Under the pieces are notes generated by a model that ran no database searches, was not told the origin of the DNA, and saw only the letters and a list, made by a program, of their open reading frames with translations. A stretch of 62,550 nt of DNA. It comes from an uncultured virus (IMG/VR IMGVR_UViG_3300013093_000023) (Duplodnaviria > Heunggongvirae > Uroviricota > Caudoviricetes). Positions 47,274 through 56,238 of the stretch are shown here, piece after piece. Numbering within the stretch: the first letter of the stretch is position 1; every line of letters begins with the position of its first letter. A program made the position numbers and the translations under genes. Location of the stretch: the IMG/VR virus record IMGVR_UViG_3300013093_000023, positions 62,001 to 124,550 of that record; one strand, given 5' to 3'.

Positions 47274-48552
47274 AACACTTTGCCTTGCGCCTTGGGTACA
47301 CACGTATCTAAGTCCTCAAACTGAAAGACGTATGTGTTGTGCGTCACGTGAACCTGCGCAGAATTTTCAACAGTACATAGATACATCTTCTGGTACTGGT
47401 CGTTACATACCTATCGCCTTGGATGAACATTGGAACTCAGATCATATGAAATCTGTACGTCGCCGTATGATGTCCGGAGAGACATTACCCGAGTGCGAAG
47501 TATGTAACGACCGGCTACTAAACACAGACGTTTACCGTAGTTATTTTGATAGACTATTTGGACATAAGTACTTAGACGCAATGGCGAGTACAGACAGTAC
47601 AGGCTATACCACAATGAAGCCTGTAAGTTGGGATTATAGATTTAGTAATCTCTGCAACTTCAAATGTAGGATGTGTGGAGATATGTTGTCCAGTGCTTGG
47701 GAAACTGAGCAACGGCAAAACAATATGATCGACTGGAAGGATCCAAATACACATTGGATGAAACCTGAAGTCAAAGAGCAAATTACGAAGTTTCAAGACA
47801 CCCAGGTGGAGCAAGAGTTTGCTACTGCTGTTGAGGAGCACCGCGTTGAAGAGGTGTATTGGGTGGGGGGTGAGCCGCTGATGTACGAACAGCATTGGAA
47901 GTATATGCGGCGCATCATAGAACTTGGAGATGGAAAAAATGTTTACGCTAGGTATAACACAAATCTTAGTCGTGTCAATTATCGCGGTATCAATCTGTAT
48001 AGGGATATTTTATCTGGGCTACGAGACTGGCAAATCTGCGCAAGCATCGATGGCACGGGCAGAATTGGAGAGTATATTCGATCAGGTCTTGATTTTAATC
48101 ACTGGCTTGAGAACTTCCGTGAAGGAATTACGTACAGCCGTAACCGGCGCCAAGTCCGTATGGACTTCACTCTTACTACACCAGGACTCTTTGAAGTACA
48201 AGCGATACAATCGCTCGCCAAAGAACTCGGCGTAGACATATTAGCCAAAGTAATTTTTAGTTTTAGCCCGGACATAGTAATGTCCCCCTTGGCACTACCC
48301 AAAGACGTATTACATCCTTGGATAGACGAATTATTAACTACATCAAGTGGGTCCATGAAGGACATACTTATCCAGCTAAAAACTAGACCCACATTTGCTG
48401 AACAATGGCCTGATACATATCGGCAAATGGCTCTAAAGGGCAAACTAAGAACTTTAGAGATTGAAAAAATTCGAAATGACAAGTATACTATGCGTGACAT
48501 CTTGGCAGAACGTCCAGACGCACTAGCTTGGTGGGATTCAATTGGCAATTAA
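47260..48552 (+). CDS. Radical SAM protein with N-terminal Twitch/SPASM-like domain (6)
   Basis: CNFKCRMC, GGEP; CLAPW..MCC..CEVC. Confidence 0.9.
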   Translation: MKKPETLCLAPWVHTYLSPQTERRMCCASREPAQNFQQYIDTSSGTGRYIPIALDEHWNSDHMKSVRRRMMSGETLPECEVCNDRLLNTDVYRSYFDRLFGHKYLDAMASTDSTGYTTMKPVSWDYRFSNLCNFKCRMCGDMLSSAWETEQRQNNMIDWKDPNTHWMKPEVKEQITKFQDTQVEQEFATAVEEHRVEEVYWVGGEPLMYEQHWKYMRRIIELGDGKNVYARYNTNLSRVNYRGINLYRDILSGLRDWQICASIDGTGRIGEYIRSGLDFNHWLENFREGITYSRNRRQVRMDFTLTTPGLFEVQAIQSLAKELGVDILAKVIFSFSPDIVMSPLALPKDVLHPWIDELLTTSSGSMKDILIQLKTRPTFAEQWPDTYRQMALKGKLRTLEIEKIRNDKYTMRDILAERPDALAWWDSIGN

Positions 48553-49621
48553 AGTAATATTACGTAACCCTTTACTTAGAAATGATTTTGTTGATTACAC
48601 AATCATTTCTAACGACACTCTGCTGGCACAAGATTGGCAACAGGCCTTAAAAGGCATATTACAGTCGGGTAACCTATTAGAGAAAAACTTTTGTTTTATG
48701 GGTTTTCCCAAGACAGCACGTACTATAGAATATCTATGTGCCCAATTAAATCAAAATATCAGTGTCATTAATCGATTTTTTGACAACGAATATTTTATAT
48801 GGGAAATATTTACTCCCGACAATGTAGTGGGCTTTGACTACGCTGAAAATGGCATTAACCACGACATGATGAATCGGCTACATAATCACTTTGAGAGACT
48901 ACAAGGTACTGTCGGTGGACTAAGTGTTTATTATCGAAACGCCGATTATGAAACAAAGTATGCTATACGTCAACTAAACAATTTATGTCATGAGCTAGAA
49001 ACACTTATCTTAAGTAGACGTAAACTAGCAACAGATCCTTATTGGGTACGTCCTAGCCAGATTACTACATTCCTACAAGCACAACGCTACGACTTAAAGC
49101 CCGAGCATAGACAAGGCTTTGTTGCCAATGGATATGATCGTGTGTTTGGCGGAGTATATATGCACTGGACACAGATAGGCAAGACACTATTTGAAGTTTA
49201 TCGTGATGAGAATGCACCTGAGCTTACAGCAACAGTATGCGAAGCAATTACAGAATTACAATACTACTCGGGCGAGTTTGACATAGAATGGGGTAACAAT
49301 GTTACCTTAGGTGGTGGACATTTCTGGCACGACAAAGAGCAAGCGGCGTTTAAGGAATGGTTAATAGACAACAACCGAGACCCTGCTGACCCTAATTTAA
49401 GTTTAGGGTATTTGCCATTAGGACAAGTAGATCTACTAGCCAGCTTTGGTACTACAAATTACAAACAAATTTGGGACGTACTAGCCAGTCACTTAGACGT
49501 ACACAGTATTGAAATAGACGGAGTACGCAGGACATATGACTATTGTTGGACTGATCCTGATTACAAACAAATGCAGATAGATATGATGAAGCCAGGATAT
49601 GATTACAGTAGCCGGGGGTGA
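48542..49621 (+). CDS. Hypothetical protein
   Basis: 359-aa ORF with TTG start, overlapping both neighbours; no motif recognised. Confidence 0.7.
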   Translation: MAIKVILRNPLLRNDFVDYTIISNDTLLAQDWQQALKGILQSGNLLEKNFCFMGFPKTARTIEYLCAQLNQNISVINRFFDNEYFIWEIFTPDNVVGFDYAENGINHDMMNRLHNHFERLQGTVGGLSVYYRNADYETKYAIRQLNNLCHELETLILSRRKLATDPYWVRPSQITTFLQAQRYDLKPEHRQGFVANGYDRVFGGVYMHWTQIGKTLFEVYRDENAPELTATVCEAITELQYYSGEFDIEWGNNVTLGGGHFWHDKEQAAFKEWLIDNNRDPADPNLSLGYLPLGQVDLLASFGTTNYKQIWDVLASHLDVHSIEIDGVRRTYDYCWTDPDYKQMQIDMMKPGYDYSSRG

Positions 49622-50153
49622 TAGTTTTGTATTTGGTAGCGAACTAGCAGACTGCCCAGATGGCCGTCCCGGTAGTCATAGCCGAAATACTTTTACAGCA
49701 TTACTAGGTGGTAATAAGTATTTTTGTGCCGCTTACCCAGGATACTCAAATCATGATATTGTTGTTAGACTAAAAACTACACTAGAAAAAGTTCCAGGGC
49801 AACCATTTATTATTGTGTGTTGGACCTGGCCTAGTAGAGATACCGTTTATACCAGCCCTAGAGTTATTAGAGAATTTCAACACTATTGTGAATATCATAA
49901 TTTTCCTTATATGTTTACCTGTGCTGATAATTGTCTAATTCCATTATTGGATAGCATTAATGATAATTGGTTTTTATTTCCGGCTGGTACACTAGCACAC
50001 GAAACAACAAGTCCGAGAGGATTTTACCAGTGGGCTGTTGAGAATAAGTATACAGTAGGTCCAGACAATCACCCCTTAGAACAAGCACACATAGACGCCG
50101 CAAATTTAATGCAGGAGAAATTCAATGAATTGGTTAAAAAACATATACAATAG
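49599..50153 (+). CDS. SGNH/GDSL hydrolase-like protein
   Basis: GDSFVFG block I, GYSN, C-terminal DNHP. Confidence 0.6.
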   Translation: MITVAGGDSFVFGSELADCPDGRPGSHSRNTFTALLGGNKYFCAAYPGYSNHDIVVRLKTTLEKVPGQPFIIVCWTWPSRDTVYTSPRVIREFQHYCEYHNFPYMFTCADNCLIPLLDSINDNWFLFPAGTLAHETTSPRGFYQWAVENKYTVGPDNHPLEQAHIDAANLMQEKFNELVKKHIQ

Positions 50154-50226
50154 AATTAAGCTAGAAATCAAATATCGTAAAAAATTAAAAGAGCTACGTA
50201 AACGCGACCCATTTATCTATAAATGA
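50125..50226 (+). CDS. 33-aa basic peptide MNWLKNIYNRIKLEIKYRKKLKELRKRDPFIYK
   Basis: Not in the ORF track; AGGAG RBS at 50113-50117; ATGA coupling to 50223; fills the only gap in the operon. Confidence 0.75.
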   Translation: MNWLKNIYNRIKLEIKYRKKLKELRKRDPFIYK

Positions 50227-50867
50227 AAGTACTAACAGTAGGTTGTAGCTTTACCGCCGGAGAGGAATTACCAGATCCTGCTACACAGGCCTGGCCTGCT
50301 TTGTTGGCTGTCACTAACAATTGGTCCGTTACTAATTTGGGCAAAGGCGGAGGTAGTAACGACCGTAATATTCGAATTGTTTTTGAAGAGGTTAATCGGT
50401 ACGATTTAATTGTAGTAGCCTGGACACAACCTGACAGGTTTGAAGTTCCTTACGATAATGACCTATTAGACATTAATGTTAATACAGCACGTAAAAGAAA
50501 TATTAAATGGGTAGACGAGTATTACAGTTTACACTACGATAGACTTTATAGTTATAAAAAATGGTTTAGACAAATCATTATGCTACAAAGTTACCTTAAA
50601 CAATTAGAAAAACCTTACATATTTTGTAGTACGTTTGGTATGTGGAGTGACCTAAGACAAGAGCTGTATGATGAATACTCAGCTAAACTAGTTGACTTAA
50701 TTATGCAGGTAGATCCACGATATTATGTAGAGTGGCCTAGGTGGGGAATGATAGACTGGCAAGGTGATTGCCCTAAAGGTCCCGGAGGACATCCATTGGA
50801 ATTAGGACACAAAAGAATAGCAGAAAAGATCAATGAACATATTAGGAATCTCGGCTGGCTTTCATGA
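50223..50867 (+). CDS. SGNH/GDSL hydrolase-like protein
   Basis: GCSFTAG, NLGKGGGSN, GGHPLELGH. Confidence 0.6.
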   Translation: MKVLTVGCSFTAGEELPDPATQAWPALLAVTNNWSVTNLGKGGGSNDRNIRIVFEEVNRYDLIVVAWTQPDRFEVPYDNDLLDINVNTARKRNIKWVDEYYSLHYDRLYSYKKWFRQIIMLQSYLKQLEKPYIFCSTFGMWSDLRQELYDEYSAKLVDLIMQVDPRYYVEWPRWGMIDWQGDCPKGPGGHPLELGHKRIAEKINEHIRNLGWLS

Positions 50868-52308
50868 TGCCGCCGCCGCAGTAATCAACAACGGTGAGAT
50901 AGTATATGCTGGACACGCAGAGCGTTACAGCAAGATTAAGAATGACCCCAATTTACACGAAGATATGCTTTGGGAGTTTAGTCGCGGTAGACATATTGAT
51001 CATATTGCTTATTATGAAACTCCTTGGAAGAAACAGTTACGTCAACTGTATAGTGGGCAAGGCATTGAGTGGAATAAACTAACAACTCGTCAGGTACTCA
51101 AGCAACAGCTGGGCGGCTTTTTTGATAATGTTCCTGTTACAACACACAATCATCATCTAAGTCACGCGGCAGCTGGATTTCAAACTAGCCCATTTGATCG
51201 GGCCACAGTAGTAGTTATTGATGCTATTGGGGAGTGGGACACGATTAGTATATGGGGTGCTCACTATGTCAATGGGCAGGCCAAGTATCACAGACTATGG
51301 CGTCAACGATATCCACATAGCATAGGTTTGTTCTATACAGCAATGACACAAGAAATTGGTCTAAAGCCAATGGAAGATGAGTATATTACTATGGGTATGG
51401 CTGCCTACGGAAGTAAACACGCCAGTGTACTAATGAAAATGCAGTTGATTGATGACGAGTGGAACTGTACATTTAAAGAAAACCTACACGCTGGCCTTAA
51501 CTGGGATTATGCCCAACATTACGATATTATGGATATTGCCAGTTCTGCTCAGGCTTTTTGTGAAAATTTGATATATAATGTTATGCGCCGCGCAAAAGAC
51601 TTTGGGTGGAGCCGTAATTTGGTTTACATGGGAGGGGTAGCCCTAAACTGCCTCGCTAATAGAAATCTCGGTGATTACTTTGAAAAAATATGGATTATGC
51701 CTAACCCCGGTGATGCTGGTAGTAGCCTTGGCGCGGCCGCTTTGGTATACGGAGGCCGAATACAGTTTGACAATGCATATCTCGGATACTGTATTCCCGG
51801 TCCATATCCAGTTAACGCCGCGCTCGATGGACTCATACGAGACAAGATCGTGGGGGTGGCCTCCGGAAGAGCAGAATTTGGACCAAGAGCCCTCGGAAAC
51901 AGAAGTTTACTCGCCGACCCGCGTGGACCGGATATAAAAGATCGCGTAAATGCAATCAAACGTCGTCAAGAATTTAGACCGTTTGCGCCAGTTATTTTGG
52001 AAGAGCACGTTAACGATTATTTCAATTTGCCTCGTGGGTTTATCGACAGCAGTTATATGCAAGTGGTGGGGCATTGTCGTTATCCTGATTTATTTCCTGC
52101 TATTGTTCACCATGATGGTACTAGCCGTATACAAACAGTACCAGCTAATAGTTCAGGAATTAGAGAACTCTTAGAAAAATGGTACGTAGTAACAGGCTGT
52201 CCTATGTTACTAAACACAAGTCTCAACATTAAAGGCGAACCCATGGTCAATGACCGTGAGGATGCAGATCGCTTTGAAAAACTCTATAACGTAAAGGTAT
52301 ATTCATGA
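50833..52308 (+). CDS. Carbamoyltransferase (NodU/CmcH/TobZ family)
   Basis: HDAAAA, HHLSHAA, GGVALNC, EFGPRALGNRSLLADP, RPFAP, LLNTSLN. Confidence 0.93.
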   Translation: MNILGISAGFHDAAAAVINNGEIVYAGHAERYSKIKNDPNLHEDMLWEFSRGRHIDHIAYYETPWKKQLRQLYSGQGIEWNKLTTRQVLKQQLGGFFDNVPVTTHNHHLSHAAAGFQTSPFDRATVVVIDAIGEWDTISIWGAHYVNGQAKYHRLWRQRYPHSIGLFYTAMTQEIGLKPMEDEYITMGMAAYGSKHASVLMKMQLIDDEWNCTFKENLHAGLNWDYAQHYDIMDIASSAQAFCENLIYNVMRRAKDFGWSRNLVYMGGVALNCLANRNLGDYFEKIWIMPNPGDAGSSLGAAALVYGGRIQFDNAYLGYCIPGPYPVNAALDGLIRDKIVGVASGRAEFGPRALGNRSLLADPRGPDIKDRVNAIKRRQEFRPFAPVILEEHVNDYFNLPRGFIDSSYMQVVGHCRYPDLFPAIVHHDGTSRIQTVPANSSGIRELLEKWYVVTGCPMLLNTSLNIKGEPMVNDREDADRFEKLYNVKVYS

Positions 52309-53096
52309 CACAACGTATTTTAATTATGGGCCTTCCTGGCTCTGGCAAAACAACACTAGCAACAGAACTAAAAAAGCTATTAGAAGAATGTGGCAAAACC
52401 GTAACATGGTTTAATGCTGATGAAGTACGCAAACAATTTGATGATTGGGATTTTAGCGAAGCAGGTCGTATTCGTCAAAGTAAGCGTATGTACGATTTGT
52501 CTGCTACTTGTAATACCGACTATGCATTATGCGACTTTGTTGCACCTTTAGTTGAAATGCGTAATAATTTCAAAGCAGACTGGACAGTCTGGATGGACAC
52601 TATCCGGGAAGGTCGATATGCTGACACAAACCGAATGTTTGTTGAGCCAGAAATTTATGATTTCCGTATTAATGAACAGAATGCCACTAAGTGGGCAGAC
52701 TTTGTTGCCGACCATATTGTTGATAATCGTAGACGTCCTGTGTTTGATTGGCGTAAAGAAACTGTACAGATGTTAGGTCGTTGGCAACCTTGGCACGATG
52801 GACATCGTTGGTTGTTTGAACGCCTGTTGGCACGTACAGGACAAGTTATTATACAGATACGCGATGTACAGGGTTGGCAAGGTAGCAATCCTTTTGAAGT
52901 CGAAAAGGTCAAGAGCTTTATCAAGCGTGACCTAGATCCACTATATCAAGGACAATACGAAATACAGGTAGTACCTAACATTGTACATATTGGATGGGGT
53001 CGCGGTGTAGGATATACACACGCAGAAGAAGTACCAGATGAGGAAACAGGTTCTATTAGTGCCACTAACATTCGCAAGGAACTTGGCTTAAAATGA
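52305..53096 (+). CDS. APS-kinase-like P-loop kinase fused to cytidylyltransferase-like domain
   Basis: GLPGSGKTT, NADEVR; GRWQPWHDGH (HIGH-like) and ISATNIR. Confidence 0.78.
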   Translation: MTQRILIMGLPGSGKTTLATELKKLLEECGKTVTWFNADEVRKQFDDWDFSEAGRIRQSKRMYDLSATCNTDYALCDFVAPLVEMRNNFKADWTVWMDTIREGRYADTNRMFVEPEIYDFRINEQNATKWADFVADHIVDNRRRPVFDWRKETVQMLGRWQPWHDGHRWLFERLLARTGQVIIQIRDVQGWQGSNPFEVEKVKSFIKRDLDPLYQGQYEIQVVPNIVHIGWGRGVGYTHAEEVPDEETGSISATNIRKELGLK

Positions 53097-53269
53097 GAAC
53101 GTTGTGGAAAACGTTGACCTGGCGCTTAGTTGGGTCAACTAGCACGTTCTTAATTAGTTACTTAATCACAGGTGCTATCGTAGTATCTGGTAGTATAGCC
53201 ATATTACAAATGATCGTAAATACTATATTGTACTACATACACGAACTAGCATGGAATCGCCTGCCCTAG
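53093..53269 (+). CDS. DUF2061-like small membrane protein (58 aa)
   Basis: Not in the ORF track; MRTLWKTLTWRLVGSTSTFLISYLITG...ILYYIHELAWNRLP; ATGA overlap with the kinase gene. Confidence 0.75.
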   Translation: MRTLWKTLTWRLVGSTSTFLISYLITGAIVVSGSIAILQMIVNTILYYIHELAWNRLP

Positions 53270-54400
53270 TCGTACATTAGGACGATAGGGAGGTTTAAAT
53301 TGATACAAATTCGACATTTCTTTAAGACGCTCAGTGAGCACCCGCCATTCATCTCTTACAAGGCTGCCGTCTGCGAAGCGTTGATAATTATGTTCCAAGA
53401 TTGGCCTCATACTCATTAACATCTCTTTTTGTTGAACAGCCGTTAAGTTAGAAATATCTTTTAGTATTTTAGTAACAGCCTGTAGACGTAGTATAGGATC
53501 TTCTATAGCGTCGTAACTTTCATCCCAGTAATCGCCAAAGGTTTTGAATCCATAACTGCGTAAGTATTCTAAGTTATGAGCACAACCTAACAACAAGAAT
53601 GGCATACGTAGTACAATAGGTTTAAATATCTTTTCAGTTAGGTGTGTTTTAGTTTCAAAGTAACAGGTTTCTGTTACAAGAAATACAAAACTTTCCATTA
53701 GCTCTGGCATTGGACTTAATAACATACTTTGATTTGGTATGTGTTGATCAGCAAAGTCTATACGTAATTCTGGTAAGGTGTTTATATTAGCAATAGCTTC
53801 GTTGACTAAAGCTGTATCTAAATTACTAGACAACAGGTTATCAGCAAAGTTTCCACCATCTGGGCAGTCTTTACTGTAGCTAACGTAGCCACATTCTAAT
53901 AAATTGTTTTTGTATAACTCGTTTATCAATAAACTACGATATACTCGTTTGTTGCTGGTCAAACGATTAAATGTAATGTAAGATTTTTTAAGTTGACGTT
54001 GCTCTGGTAGCACTAGTCCTGGCAAGTATTCGTGCCCGCGAAACCAATCGGCTGCCGCAAAGATATGAAAGAAATAATCAACAGATGCCATTGGATATTT
54101 TTCTAATAGTTGATCTTTATCTGTACCGGACTGTTCAGTTGATACTAGTACATAAGGTGCACAACTACGATTGAGTATTTCGTTGAATACCGGTTGGTTG
54201 TATCCAAAGTCTAAGGGCTCTTGATCGTAAAATATAAACAATGGACCTCTGCGTTCAGGATAGTTGTCAGTGGCTAAAATGAATTCTAGATTTTCTGGTT
54301 GAGTTGACCCAAAAGGGTGTAGGTAAACTACCCTAGGATCTGTTATAATAGTCCGTAAGTACTGATATATATTTTCGTAATGATTGGCAATATTATACAT
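53246..54400 (-). CDS. Putative glycosyltransferase (GT10/GT-B-like), inverted orientation
   Basis: LVTET...LTEKIFKPIVLRMPF...GFKTFGDYWDESYD; paralog of 46323-47273. Confidence 0.5.
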   Translation of the reverse strand: MYNIANHYENIYQYLRTIITDPRVVYLHPFGSTQPENLEFILATDNYPERRGPLFIFYDQEPLDFGYNQPVFNEILNRSCAPYVLVSTEQSGTDKDQLLEKYPMASVDYFFHIFAAADWFRGHEYLPGLVLPEQRQLKKSYITFNRLTSNKRVYRSLLINELYKNNLLECGYVSYSKDCPDGGNFADNLLSSNLDTALVNEAIANINTLPELRIDFADQHIPNQSMLLSPMPELMESFVFLVTETCYFETKTHLTEKIFKPIVLRMPFLLLGCAHNLEYLRSYGFKTFGDYWDESYDAIEDPILRLQAVTKILKDISNLTAVQQKEMLMSMRPILEHNYQRFADGSLVRDEWRVLTERLKEMSNLYQFKPPYRPNVRLGQAIPC

Positions 54401-56057
54401 GGTTGATGTTTTTTACTTTGGCCCAAAACCAAATTTATTTGAATTTGAACTTCCTGCTGAAAGTCTAGCGGATGCCGCACGTCAATCACGTACTAGTCGC
54501 TACTGGTATATTTATGGGGGCAATGACTACACAGACTTCGACTTTGACTATGTACCACCACCTTGGGAAAGTCAATACACACACGTATGGGCCAGTCAAC
54601 ATCAGCGCAATGGTGAAGTATATCTAGCACCTAAGAACAATCCTGCGGCAGACTTTCATTATCTTGATGAATTTGTTATACGTAAGAACACAGCCGACAT
54701 ACACTTTATCGATCACGGTAATGGTAGCATAGCACGTCACCAATTTGATTGGATTCGAGCACACTGGGACGGAGCAACCAAAACACGCTTTGTGGACAAC
54801 TACTTGGATACCTTTAAACGTATTATAAATGTAGCCAAGACTGAATACGTATGGATCATTAACTCTGTTTGTAATTACACACAGTTTGATTTTACCTGGC
54901 ATCCAGATGAATTTCAACGTGAAATGATTCATTGCTTTCCAAGTGGCACACAAGAACGCGGTGACACATTCTATATACACGTAGAATCATTCCGCAAACA
55001 AATGATTGAACTAGAATTGTTAGATTGGTTTAACGTGATCCATTATTGCGATGACCAGATGGTAGAACGTTTTGATAATCCTAGACACTTTTACGAGTCT
55101 GATAATTTAGTAGAAGAAATACGCAACTATAAATTTGAAACTCCATACGTATTCTTTACCAACCAAAAAGACATTAACCTTGCTCCTACTCCGTGCCTGT
55201 GGACTGAAAAAGACCGTGTTATAGAACGTTGTAGTCGCAGTGGAGCTACGGCATTGATACCACGCGATATAAAGAGGCACCTTACGACACAGATCTACGA
55301 CTATCCTTACATTGAAACGTCTAGTTATCAGGTAAATGAATACCACAAGGAGAAGATGTTTCCTGGACTAGATATAGTTTATATCAGTAACGGTGAACCT
55401 GACGAAGAACGTTGGTATGAGCATTTATGTTATCAAAGTAATACCAAAGCAAAATGGGTACGTGGCATAAATGGGCGCACAGCCGCTTATCAAGAAGCCG
55501 CACGTCAGAGTTATACTCACTGGTTCTTTGCTGTATTTGCCAAACTAGAAGTACTGGGTAACCAATTCCCTTGGTTTGACTGGCAACCAGATTATTTTCA
55601 AGAACCCAAACACTATATCTTTAATAGCCGTAATCCTGTAAATGGATTGGAGTATGGACATCAAGGTATTATTGCTTATAATAAAAAACTAGTGTTAGAA
55701 AACAATACGCCTGGTATTGATTTTACTCTGACACAGCCACACGAGTCAGTGCCTATACTAAGTGGCATAGCACACTTCAATCAAACGCCTTGGATGACCT
55801 GGCGTACTGCTTTCCGCGAAGTAGTTAAGCTAAAACACTTTATGGATGTTAATCCTACACTAGAAACCAGTCATAGATTAGCAACTTGGTGCGAAGTTGC
55901 TGAAGGTGAGTACGCAGAATATTGTTTGGCCGGAGCCCGTGATGCTGTACTGTACTACAATCAGGTTGGGGGAGATTACGATAAACTCAAACTGAGCTTT
56001 GAGTGGGCGTGGCTTAAACAGCAATTTGATGATAAATATTACAATGAAATCCAGTGA
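54399..56057 (+). CDS. Multi-repeat glycosyltransferase-like protein
   Basis: C-terminal domain paralogous to 39208-40101 (NPVNGLEYG, WRTAFREVVKL); internal FDFDYVP/FDFTWHP repeats. Confidence 0.6.
   Translation: MVDVFYFGPKPNLFEFELPAESLADAARQSRTSRYWYIYGGNDYTDFDFDYVPPPWESQYTHVWASQHQRNGEVYLAPKNNPAADFHYLDEFVIRKNTADIHFIDHGNGSIARHQFDWIRAHWDGATKTRFVDNYLDTFKRIINVAKTEYVWIINSVCNYTQFDFTWHPDEFQREMIHCFPSGTQERGDTFYIHVESFRKQMIELELLDWFNVIHYCDDQMVERFDNPRHFYESDNLVEEIRNYKFETPYVFFTNQKDINLAPTPCLWTEKDRVIERCSRSGATALIPRDIKRHLTTQIYDYPYIETSSYQVNEYHKEKMFPGLDIVYISNGEPDEERWYEHLCYQSNTKAKWVRGINGRTAAYQEAARQSYTHWFFAVFAKLEVLGNQFPWFDWQPDYFQEPKHYIFNSRNPVNGLEYGHQGIIAYNKKLVLENNTPGIDFTLTQPHESVPILSGIAHFNQTPWMTWRTAFREVVKLKHFMDVNPTLETSHRLATWCEVAEGEYAEYCLAGARDAVLYYNQVGGDYDKLKLSFEWAWLKQQFDDKYYNEIQ
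56031..56038 (+). promoter_or_regulatory. Late promoter GATAAATA
   Basis: 5 nt before ATG 56044, same spacing as 3783. Confidence 0.6.
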
Positions 56058-56238
56058 ATTTATTAGATCTAATCGTGTAGCAGATTTAACTCCTGCTCAC
56101 TGGGCCGCGGATGCGGTAGGCGATATTGGTAAAGCTGGTGCTCGCGGAATAGCGGCAGGCGCTCGCGGTGTAGCTGGTGTAGCCGGAGATGTTGTAAAAG
56201 GATTAAGAAATCTACCTGCCGGCGGCAATTTTTATTAA
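56044..56238 (+). CDS. Small late Gly/Ala-rich protein (64 aa), possible internal head protein
   Basis: MKSSEFI N-terminus directly behind a late promoter. Confidence 0.55.
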   Translation: MKSSEFIRSNRVADLTPAHWAADAVGDIGKAGARGIAAGARGVAGVAGDVVKGLRNLPAGGNFY

